Assembly: GCF_964355755.1 (NCBI RefSeq)
Contig: NC_092676.1
Coordinates: 10,083,888 to 10,147,887, forward strand
Source: Antedon mediterranea
Lineage: Eukaryota > Animalia > Echinodermata
Reading direction: 5' to 3'
Length of the DNA: 64,000 bases
Made by a program: the position numbers and the translations under genes. This document shows positions 36,600 to 49,000 of the stretch, in pieces. The notes beneath the pieces were generated by a model that saw only the letters and a list, made by a program, of their open reading frames with translations, had not been told where the DNA came from and searched no databases. Numbering within the stretch: the first letter of the stretch is position 1; every line of letters starts with the position of its first letter.

Positions 36600-38285
36600 T
36601 GTAATAAACGTTACGAATACAACTGTAGAGATGTAAGAGTGAAATTCTAAAGAGAATAGGAATGGCAAAGGGGAAATTCCTAACAAAAAGAAAATTCAAG
36701 TAAAGCAAGTATTGAAACAAGAAAGGAAATGGTTAAAGCATTAGTATGGAGTGTTGCATTATATGGAAGCGAAACATGGACATTAAAAAAAGAGGAAATA
36801 AACAATAGGGTTGGTGAAATTCAGTCCAAAATACGCAGACTTTTTTCCAAAATACGTCAAGTTGAGGGCGCTATACTAATCCAAAATACGCGAGTCTTTC
36901 CAAAATACGTCGACTTGAGGGCGCTATTCATTTTCCAAAATACGTGAATTGTCCAAAATACGTCAAGTTGAGGGCGCTAGTCATTTTCCAAAATACGCGA
37001 TTTGTCCAAAATACATCAATTTGGAACCGCTTGTAATTTTCCAAAATACGTCAACTTGAGAGCGCTATTCATTTTCCAAAATACGCAATTTAAATAACTC
37101 CTTTACTTCTTCTAACCAATTAATTATTGATATTATTTTAATCACAATACCATATGCTTTTTATTATTATATATTATATGAAATAATTATTATGTTAGAT
37201 TTCAGATTAGATAACTTATTAGACCATAAGCGATGTTTGTCTGTCGAGCTCGGGAAAAATATCGATTTTGTAGATCACCAAATATATAACACATACCTAT
37301 GACTATACTTAAATACTATATACGTACATGCTGGTTTTGTAGCCGGTTTATGCCGCATTTAAACTAGCTACGTCTGGCAATGCAATCGTACATCGTTCAG
37401 ACATTATTAATGTATATTATAGGCACTGTCTATTGACTGATGTTGGCACATATTTGTTTTTTTTCAGTAATAAATGATTACATTGAAAAATAATAATTGG
37501 CTACTCTATGACATTTTATTTACAAAAAATGCTGCCTTCTAATACTTTCATTTATAACTAAAATGTACCTGTTTGTTTTATTCAAAGAAACTTTTTTTTA
37601 ATACATTAAACTGTAATTTTACCTTACACTCTCAATATGATACATTTGGAAAGGCTCTCGTATTTTGGATAAAGTTTGCCGCCCTCAATTTGACGTATTT
37701 TGGACAATTCATGTATTTGGGATAATTTATAGCGCCCTCAACTTGACGTATTTTGGACAATTCGCGTATTTTGGAAATGAATAGCGCCCTCAAGTCGACG
37801 TATTTTGGAAAGACTCGCGTATTTTGGATTAGTATAGCACCCTCAACTTGACGTATTTTGGAAAAAATTCTGCGTATTTTGGACTGATGTTCACCAACCC
37901 GACTCGAAATAAACAGAATAGATGCATTTGAAATGTGGTGTTGGAGAAAAAATGCTAAAAATTCAATACAGAAGGAATGATGACATTTTGAATGAAATAA
38001 GAGAAGAAAGGCAACTAATGAAACGCATTAATGAACAGCAGGAGAAATGGATTGGTCACAGTATTAGAAATGGAGGATTATTGAAAATAATGATGGAGGG
38101 TAGATACGATGGAAAAGCAGGTAGAAGAAGGAAGAGAAAAATGCTACTGGATAGACTTAAAAATGGAAACAAATATCACCAACTAAACTACTAAAGGACA
38201 AAGCATTAAATAGAGAAGAGTGAAAGAAAATGACTGTCATGGACCTGCCAATTGGCAGATGACAAGGTAGACAAGGTAGGTAATA
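36600..38285 (+). mobile_element. RTE LINE 3' fragment, split by a foldback MITE
   Basis: MVKALVWSVALYGSETWTLKKEEIN|RIDAFEMWCWRK...KWIGHSIR..GRYDGKAGRRRKR reads through once 36805-37915 is removed. Confidence 0.8.
36805..37905. mobile_element. Foldback/MULE-like MITE with long, internally repetitive TIRs
   Basis: ~250-bp TIRs built from ccaaaatacgtcaagttgagggcgcta units; 10-bp TSD gaaataaaca (36795-36804 and 37906-37915); right end ...gactc. Confidence 0.85.
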
Positions 38286-38504
38286 CAAATTTCGTGTAAA
38301 TTTGAATTTGTGCTCATACTAATCTTGTGATCACTGCCTGTTTAACACTATCACATCATTTACAGCTTGATGCATCGAATAGAAAAGGTCAATTTCGTTT
38401 CTTGTTTGTCTAATACGACTTCCCCACGTCCATTTACGGGGGATATTACCTTTTCAAAAAATGTATTTACTAGGCCTACTTTGACATTTTTGCTAGTAGC
38501 AAAA

Positions 38505-38815
38505 CAATAATGATAATAATATCGAAGCTTTACATAGCGCCTAAAATGTTGTAAAACCTCTAAGCGCGGAACATTATTTTACCCCAGTAATTTTTTTTAT
38601 CAAACACGTAAGGAAACATACTCCCATAATGCAGCTAGTAATCAGCGCAAAGTTGTCTCGATCTAACCGGGTTCCCATTTATACACCTGGGTGGAGAGAG
38701 GCAAACGTAAGTAAAGTATCTTGCCTAAGGATACAAGCAATGCGGCGAGAGTTGGATTCGAACCTCAAACTCACGATCAGTGGTCGAACGTCAACACACT
38801 GCACCACACGCCCTA
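38505..38815 (-). mobile_element. tRNA-derived SINE (CORE-like body, L2-type tail)
   Basis: Minus strand: A/B boxes (tggtgcagtg, ggttcgaatcc), body ccttaggcaagatacttta...ctctccacccaggtgtataaatggg, tail gcgctatgtaaag followed by (TTA)n. Partial relative at ~45620-45775. Confidence 0.78.
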
Positions 38816-40096
38816 AAAATCTAGAAGTCTTTCTCCTGTTTCATTCCCTTTCTTAATACTAGATTTACCAATTGTATATTCATAATAGTTTGCGTGGTCT
38901 TTACTGTAGTTACGTAGATAATTTAAAAGTCATTTATTCCTAACTCCATATCTTTATAAACAACAGCAAAACATCTAGGTAAGTTTAGTATAATTATTAA
39001 GTGTCTCATTGTAGGCCTCATGACAATTTGTTGTTATTGGGATTTTCTCCTTTGCCTGTATGCTTTTGTACCTTTTGATGTGTTTTTTATTATCGTATAT
39101 ATATTTTATCTTAAGAGCTTTGTCTGTGTATAAACAACAGTTTTAAATATTTTATATATTTGATAATAAATGCTGTGCAAGCATTCATTCAATTTATCTT
39201 CTCATATATATTGTCAACAGCTTTATCAGGGTGTTTCGATGATTTTCAGCTTTTGAGCTAACCTACTCGAATGGAACAGTCTTCATTGGCACACTTTTGC
39301 AAATACTTTATTTCTAAAAATACTGTAGTTCATTCAGTGGTTCATTTTACTGGTCATTTAAAAAAAGAGTTTGGGAATTTTCTTATTTATTGAATTTATT
39401 ATATGCTTTTTATATCAACTAAACATTTCGGTCTAAATTGAAAATTATTAATTCATATTTTGGAATATTATTTTAAGGATGAATTTCAGTTTTACTATTA
39501 ATATAGTGATAAAAACTGTTCTTCTTTATATACTTTTACACTAAGATATTCATTTAATTTTGCATCAGCAAAATGAATAACTATAGTTAGATTGAATAAC
39601 ATTGAACTTTTAATATGTGCACTATCAAAGAGAGTTACATCCCACCAATGAATACATCTATTATCCTCCATCATTCAAATATACCCTAAAAAGTCTCTTA
39701 TTGCAGCTTATGGCAATTAAATCTCCTGCTGTACTACTTAATATTAATATTTACTAAACCTCCAATATTTCATTTCATTTATTTTATTTGTTATTTTAAT
39801 CTGGTGGTAAACTTATTTTGGCCTCCTTCTGCACTTTTGTACTAGTGTAATTTTGTTCTTTAGTTGTAAATAAATGTTAAAAACAAGGAAGATCAAGAAA
39901 CTCTACAGGAGTAGGCTACTATTGTTGATTATTATACTTTTTGTTATTCTTATAGCAAAAACAATAGTTATGGCTATATCCTATCAATACAAAAGTATGA
40001 AAAATGAAAAGGTAATTGAAAAAAATATTAATGACTGTATAACTAACTGTATAAAAACATTTTTTATATCAGATCTACAGTTGAAACATAAATTAA

Positions 40097-43000
40097 TCAA
40101 TAACCACAAAACTCTTTTACTCTATCTACAAGTTCACTTTTCTTTCCAGTTGTCTGTAGTTTCTTAGCTTGGCAGAAAGACCTCAAGTCGGCCACAGTTA
40201 ATTTGGCAAGCTTTAAAACAAAATACAAATAAATCTTATAGTTCCATGTTTTACTAATAATGAATATTTTTAGCCTGGGTGCAGTACAAATTTTGCGGGA
40301 AAAAAGTATAGGAACATTTTTTTAATTTTTTTCTGATAGAGTATACCATATAGAATGTCAGAAAAAAAATCCCCATCTCAGGGTCTTGGGGAAAATTTTT
40401 TACGCCACTGGGTATATCCATGTAAAACAAATATTAAATTTCTGCTGTTAACTACTTATTTTTGGGGTAAAACATCATTTGTTGGTCAAAAATGATTGCT
40501 AAATCCTGCAAACATCCAAAAAAATATAGCAAACCCCACCAAACCAACATAATAAAAGTGATTGAATCATGTAGTGTACAACCCACTGGGTATATCTATG
40601 TAAACAAAAAATTTAATTTCTACTGTTAACTATATATTTTTGGTAAAAAATGATTTTTTATATGTTTTTTTGGAAGGTTTGCGGGGGTTTGCGGGGTTTA
40701 GCAATACCCTGTTTTTCCCTCCAAATTGGACGCCATATTGGATTCTGGCATGATGATGTCATCGTATCGACTTGATTCATCAACTACTATGTGAAGTAGT
40801 TATTAAAGTAAGCCTCTACTAATTTTAATCCTTAAAACACAACTGCAATTAACAAAAACCATTAATTGATTTTCCCTATCCCCTATATATAGGTATTTGT
40901 TTGTGTTAATAGGAATTTGTGTGTGTTATATAGGCCAAAATTTAAAAGTGCCGTAAAAAATTTTCCACAAGACCCTGGGATGGGGATTTTTTTTCTGACA
41001 TTCTATATGGTATACTCTATCAGATAAACCCAAAAAAAATTGTCCTATACTTTTTTCCCGCAAATGTGTATATTAACTATTCTGCACCCAGGCTATTTGA
41101 GGTGAATGGGAAGAATATTTCATGATTTTAAAGATTCACCGCTTCATTTAATGGGGCAGAACCAAGAAAACTAGAATAGTCAAGTCATACATGTTCTATA
41201 CACAATTTCACACATCTAAAGTAACAGTTATCCAATTATCCCCATGTTTAATCAATATCAAAGACTAGGTCATTAAAAAAGAGGCCCTTCGGTTTTGGAT
41301 GCGGAGTAGAGCAGTTATTATGGACATGTCACATTACAGGTTTGTTTTGGAACACAGATTTGTGATTGTGTTAAACAAAAAATGTTTACAAAAACCTAAA
41401 CATGTAATACAGGAGTACCAATCAATATTATCATTAAATATTAATTTCTGTTTATTACTAATCTTGAATGGATGTGAATCAAATAACAAGAATATACTTT
41501 AATGTGTTATAAAAAGCACTATTTCATAAATATTTTGCTCCTGTATGAGAGGTGGCTGTTACATGAGGTGTTGTTATGTGAGGTGTTCATTACGTTGGTG
41601 TCTGTTACAGTGAGTGTCAATTACGGGAGGTGGTTGGTTTGGTTAAACTATATGGCAAAGTCTCTCTCCAACACATACAGTACATTTATTACATAAATCA
41701 ATGAAGATGAAAAATACCTTGCCGTCAGCTGCCATCTGTGCAACATCTATTTCACTAGCATCTGTCTTACTTCTCTTACTTCCACCAGTATCTCCAGTAG
41801 CCTATCAGAAATGACATACACTTAAGTGTGATTAAGTTTTAATTTGTATTTTTTATTTTGAATGAATTTAGGCCTAATTTGAGTTAGTTAAAAGACATAC
41901 CGGATTAAGTAGATTGGAATCTATACATTAACTAGGAAGGTTTAATTAAAGAAAAAGAAAAGCACACCTTTCGCTTAGGTGCAGCACCTGGAGAATATCC
42001 GTCAGGATAGACCATCTGTTTAAATTCATTGATTAGAGCACCTGCTCTAGAGTTAATACGGTCTACATTAGGGGCTGTAAACAAAAATTTGAAAATAAAC
42101 ATATTGTGACCAACTCAACATAAAACATGGACATGCAATGATGATTAAAGGATAAGACTGGAATGTATATTACAGTGATTCAAATTTGCTCTTGACTATT
42201 CACAATCATTCATAACAAAAACTGTTCAAACTAGAGGGTACTCCTAGAGTACAAACCTCCGCCTACTGTAAAATTCCCCTACATAAAATTCCCCAAGAAT
42301 ATTTTTTTTTTACATTTTTTTTTATTAGTTCTAAGTGTAAATATGTTAACTGCACACTACAAATTTGTGGATGACAATGTGGTGTAATGGTTATGTATCC
42401 AGCCTCTTACAGTTGAGATCGCTGGTTCAAGTCCCACTGAGGTTTTTTTTTTTTTATTATTTTTTTATTTATTTTTTTTTTTTTTTGTGGACCTTGATCT
42501 TTGACCCTGACCCTTCAAAATTTAACCACAATTATATGATGTGTCATTGATCATTGTGGCTAAGTTTGGTGAGAATCGGATAAAAACTGTGGTCTCTAGG
42601 TTGTGACCTTGACCTATGACCTTTTCCCCTCAAATTCGAACTCGTCCGAGCTTTTGGGGCATAGATCATTGTTCCCAAATTTGGTGAGAATCTGATAAAA
42701 ACTGTGGCCTCCAGGCTGTTCACAGACACACACACAAACACACACACGCAAACATACAGGGGTGAAAACATAACCTCCTTGGTGGAAGTAATAAACAACA
42801 ATAATAGGGCATCCCCTGTTTAGGGGTCTCCCAATGGAGGGGTGTTCCAAAGATGATGTTACCACAGTATAAAAAATGTTTACATTAGAAAATTTCAGTG
42901 ACAAAATGCATGTGTACCTGTTAAGTCAGTAAATTCATCTGGCTCATCTTTGTCTAGTGCAAGAACTTCCAGATTGCGCCAAAACGTTTGGACATCTGGG

Positions 43001-46000
43001 TTCTCAAATGAGTTAGGATGGAATTTAAACTGAAGTTTCTTGATGAGTTGCTTAGCTTTGTCTACTTGATCTGGATTTGCTGTAAAGACAATTTTAGTTA
43101 CAATACAAATCTCAATAAATATATGAACTTCTGATCTCCATGGCTAATTTTCTTCACTTTTCCATACATATAACTCCTCCTTTACAAATAATGAATGTTT
43201 ATGAGTGTAATGGTACAAATAATGGCATGAGGTGAATGATGAAAGGTTATATTTCAACTAGGCGACAGCCAGCCATCAATCACCAAATGCCATTATTTTT
43301 ACCATTACATGAATATAAAACATTCATTATTTGTCTTATATAACATCTAAATAGATTCCTGTCATTTGAATCAAATAAAAGGTAGGCCTAGCCAAGGCTA
43401 GTACATTCGAATTCACATTGATTAAAACAGTAACATTTGGTTTTTAATAAATATATTATATTTTATAAACGCACCTACTGTTAGTGTTAATTATGTCAAC
43501 AAACGACCAAACAATCCTAGACCTAGCAAGGCTAAAACGCCTAATACTAACAGACCTAGGCCTAGCTAGACTGAAAGACAGCAATACGAAATGTTGACAG
43601 GCAACTGGAACTCATCGTCTTGTAGAGATGTTCCCATTAATTAATCAAAATCCTAAAAACAATCTTAAAGCTAATTTAAATGCCTTTTTGATCTAAATTA
43701 GTACATACATATATCTTTCCAAAAATGTACTTCCTTCGCCAAACCAGTCATAACAATAACATTTGCGACAAAAGTACAAAATAGGTGGCGCTGTTGTACA
43801 GATTTTTTTTTTCGAACGCCATGTGACCCACAATCGTCCAATCAAATGACAGGAATTTATTTAGGTGTTATATAAAAATCTATAGTATAGTATAGTACCT
43901 CTTGTAACTTCACTGAATGACAATTTCCTTAGATCATCTGAGAATGGAAGAAAAACAATGTGAAATCCAGGTGGCTGTATCTGAACATTATGTTCATCCA
44001 ATTCTTCCTCCTTTGAAAATGGAAAAATACAATTAATAACATACAGAAATTCATAAACAATAGGAACCAGAGGGTCAATATATTAAGTATGATGATATAA
44101 AAAAACTCCGAAAAAAGTTTGTTTATAATATTATCATAAATAATAGGGCTATATGTAATTTATTTGACAAAATTCACACAAAAAAGTATTACTGGTTGTT
44201 CAAAGTCTCATTCAATCTAAGCTCAAAATCTGCCCAAAATAAGCAAGCAGAAAAACATTTTTGACTAGCTAAGGTTAGTTTAATTGATTGAGGAAGGAAT
44301 TTGTTTGATCATGCCTACGGCATACAGTTAAAATTACAGTGACAGTTGAGATAACCTTATCAGGTAATTATTATTCTTATAGTATCAATCATTTTTTTTT
44401 AAATATCATTTCCACAAACACCTAAATAAAAACCAAAGACCACCAGACTTGTGGCATTGACAATACAACAAATGTTCTCTCAAATTAACATTTGGACATG
44501 TCCCAATAACAATAATGATGAAAGTTGATAATTAGTTAAAACATAATTCATATCCAATGTACATAAACATAACATAATAACATAAAAGCTCTTTATAGAA
44601 TATAAAAAAAGCAATAAAAAAACCAGATAATAATAGCAAAAAAAAATTACAACTATTTTTACTGTCAGGTAGTTTGACTTTGGCTTTATCGATACAATTA
44701 TTCCACTACAATATAACAACCAAACAATTAAAGATTGACAGACTTCTTAATTTTGATAAAAAAAAGGTCTAGTGCGAATGACGAAACAAAATAAAAACGA
44801 CCGTTTTTCTCTATATTAACATTTTTTTTTTTAAATCACTTGATATGTATACATGATACAAAATAAGCGTAGCATAGAGATAGTTGTTCATAATTTTGTT
44901 ATTTTGTTGATTTTTATATAATTTTTTTTAGGGTAGGTAGTATAGAACCATTTTTCAAATTATAAACTGCACAGAAAGTTAATATACCAAAATCTTTGAA
45001 AAAAAAAATGTATTTCTAGAGGTAGAGGCTAGCCTTTTAAGTGAGCAAAATTATGTGTTAGAAGCTGTGCAATACAACTTACCTGTGGAAGAAGTGCAAT
45101 CATTTTTGGTGGAGAATTCTTACGGGGAACATATCGACATATGGCAACCACATCTCTGGCAAGGCACTTCTGCAAAAGCGCTGAAAACGCTTGTGTACTG
45201 CCTCGGATTCTATTTTCATCTGGATACAAAAACTTGGATTCTTTATAATGGAAGTGACCCTTCATTGATGACCTAGACTTGAAACCAAGTAACACTAAGC
45301 CTAAAAAGTAAAAGAATTCTTTCATTAGTGACTATAAACAAACACCAAGCCCAGAGCAGGTACCTCTCCACCACCCTACTTTCCAGTACATCTTGAAACT
45401 GAATTACTCCTCCGAACATCTTACCTGGGATGATTCAAATGCTGTTAAAACCTTCCCAGTACAATCTGGTCATTTCTATACCCAACTACCCTCAGCCCCA
45501 GCAATCCGATTACCTTTTTAAAATAAAGTTTATTATAAAACCTTCCCAGTACAATTGCGATCATATATAATAATTTGAAAGAACAAAGATAGAGCACAAC
45601 TGAAGAATTCTTAATGTACAGTAATAATGATGTTAACTTTTTTTTAGCACTTAATGCTCAGCGCACTTCACATAAATTACTCTGGTCATTGGATCAAATA
45701 TGTATGGACAGCTCCCATTGTCATAATTATGCAACTAGTAATCAGTTCAATTGTGTTTCACCCTACCAGGTATGCTATAGAACATAAAGATCCCATAAGA
45801 TGTTTTGCAGAGGTTACCAAGAGTCCTAGAATAGTTGTGCAAGAATCTGAAGATGTTTCCACCATATTAAATTAACTAATTAATGCACAAACCAAAAACA
45901 CAAAAACTGTTTACTTACTGGATTCATAAAAACTCTTCATTTCTTGCAATTCATCTTTTTCAACTACAATTTTCCTTCCCCCAAAGGTCTGGAACCTCTT

Positions 46001-49000
46001 GATATCACTTGGCATTAGGGGTTCTGCCGTTTCCTGCCAAAAAAAACATTGTAACAGTATGATATTTCAGGTTGAAATTATCTAACGTTATGTTACAGGA
46101 GGCTATCAGCACGCTCAATCATGCATGTAATTTAAGTTTTCTAGTATTTTCAATCATGGTTAATATTAGGATTGGTGGCTATCAGTACAGTTGAACAGTA
46201 TGATATTCATTGTTTTTCATTGGCAAAGTCAATGTGTCTGATGAATTTTCTATTGGCACATGATCTAAAGATGAATTTGGATATCTCTACCATAAACAAA
46301 GCAGGCCTGCAATTGTTTTAATTTTTTGCACATAAACATGTGTACAAAAAGTGAACATGCATTAAACTCTGTCTACACTATCAAACTAGTTTGACAAAAA
46401 TACAAATCATTTTTATTGCAATTTAAAATTAAAGTTACACAATCATAAAATATTAGAAACATAGAACAAACAAAAGCAAAAAGTAGATTACATACACAAA
46501 CTTTAGTGCAAAAAATTAATGCAATTACTTAATCCAAAAAAAATGTGATGTGCCCAAATACGGTAGTAATAATGACATCATCGTTTCCATATATAGGCAC
46601 ATCACACTTTTTTGTCACATAAAGTTTGATAGTGTAGACAAGAGTTTAAGAACCATTATCCACAATATCACTTTTCCATTAGATAGATACATACATAGTT
46701 GTATGTTTACAACATAGTAGTTATAACAATCCACCTTGTATGTATCTTAGTAATACCATTCTAAAGGCCAATTTACACAGACGAGCGGTAACGGTAAGCG
46801 GTAAAGTTGAGCGGAAAACGCAAAAATGTTATTTCTTATGACCATTATCACAGAAGGCGGAGCGGACGAGCGGTTGAGCGGAAATCCGCTCAGGATCGAA
46901 ATAGATTCGATTTTGTGAAAATACAACGCGGTAAAAGTAAAAAAAGATTCTGGCGAACCAACGACATGATTGAAATGACATCATCTATCAACAACTTTTT
47001 TTTGCGTCCGTCGAGTCAAAGACGACAATAAATACGAGTGCCGTAGTAGGCCTAGCCTAGTTTTGCAACTTCTTTTTAGGCGCATTCGGTAAATTATTTC
47101 AAACGACAAGAACGCGTTTCAATTTTGACCGTCGTTGAAACGTGTTTGACAATCAACCGTTCTAATTAGTGCATCTAATTGAATATTCATGAGTAGGACC
47201 ACGTTCCCGACACGCTTTTCCAAACGGAGCCGGAGCGTTGTAGCGCGTTTGTGTCACGCAAACGGCTTCCCTTTGTCTCGCCAGTTCAAACAAAACATCG
47301 ACGTTCGAACACGTTTTTGTCACAGAGTCGCGTCTTCTATTATCTCGGACTCTTGCAAACTAATCGGGGAACCCCCTTTCGCGGCAAACATCACGGTATA
47401 ATTGGACAGGCCGTATACAGTGAAGCTAAAACAACGTATAATATTAATAATATGGTGAAGCATAAACAAACGGTTTTCGTAGATTTTAAAGTGAAATAAA
47501 ATGTACAATGCTGTATTTGTAGTGCAATGATTATATAACCGATCGGCAGTTCACAAATTGTAAAAATAACCGCAATTTAGCTAGGCGCAGTTGATCGCGA
47601 GCGAGTGACAGCAAATCGTCGCTTTGCATTACCTTCTATCTCGCTAGCTACTTGGCGCCAAATCACGTTTACACGAATCAATCGTTTATAAGCATCACTA
47701 AATCGTATCTTCATATTATTATGACAGTATTAATATCGCGCTATTTACCGTTACTAATAGACTTGCCCCAAGTCTGTATTATCTTTTTTTTTTTTTTTTT
47801 TTATTTCGACCGCGATTATTGTCTGAAAATACAGACTTGTGAAACACGTATAGAAATCGATTTGCAGACCGCAAACATACGATAAGAATGACGTAGGTTA
47901 TCATACCGTATTTGGCTATATTAGTCCAGTCCCTAAGGGGAAATGATGTTACCATAGTGGATACAAGTGTGCCCTTTGGCATGTTGATAGAACATGATAT
48001 GGAGATACCAAAACAAAGTTACTGGAAATCTGATTTGACCTCTGTGACCTCTGACCTCAATTTTTATATTTCTATCTTAAACAGCCATATCTCCGCAACG
48101 GGTTTGACAATTGAAATGATATTGGTGTCAAATAGATCAGAGGGTACATGTTTATATTCGCTCTAATAGAACTTTTTTCAAAAAAACGACCGGAAATGTA
48201 ATTTCTCAATGTTTTGTTTTGACCTTTGACCTCGGCTTACTATATCTCAATAACTACTGGTCAAAATTTCTTGAAATTTGTTTCAAATTGTTAAGAGCAT
48301 ACATATTTATATATACTCTAATTAAACATGTTCTTCCAAATCCACAGGAAATGTAATTTACTGACCTTTGACCTTTAATGTTTAAATATGTCTGATATAC
48401 CTAAAATATAGATTTAATGGACCAGAACTACATTCAATATCCTATTTAGCCTTTTACAATTTTCTTAAAACTTAATGTTTAATTTAATTTCAATATATAA
48501 TTCCATCGCATGGTAGGCCTACACCGTAAGAGCAACACTTAATATCAACAAAAAATTAGATAAACTTAAAAGTTAAATAACAATAAAAAAAAAAATGAAA
48601 ATCAGGATCTTAAAGAAAGAAAAGAAGAATTAACCAATGCGATTTGATACTCATAAAACATATGACCTAATTATCAATTAATTGCTTGAAGTATGCTGAA
48701 AAAATAAAATGTTTGAAACAGTGAGGAAAAAGCGAAGAAAAGAAAAACATATGTTTAAAATATTAGAAATCTGAAAAGGATCAAAGACAAATTAATTACA
48801 AAGCTGATTTCTTTTCAAGAACATTTGTAGTGGAATATAAAAGGAAAACAAACCAGTGAGCAGTCAAAATTACCATCTTGGCTTAATGAGGCAATAACAC
48901 ATCCAGCTCATAACACTAACAAAATCTTTGAAACCAGAAGAAATTAAGAGAAGCAATGATAATTATACTTTAATCCACAAAAACATGACAAAACTGATAT

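Noticed and set aside
39874-40167. 97-aa plus-strand ORF with a hydrophobic stretch
   Set aside because: Antisense to the Ku70 last exon and 3' UTR; AT-rich low complexity with no other support.
46807-48166. Short ORFs at the left end of the Harbinger-like elements as candidate transposase
   Set aside because: No DDE or Myb/SANT motifs recognised, and all are under 90 aa.
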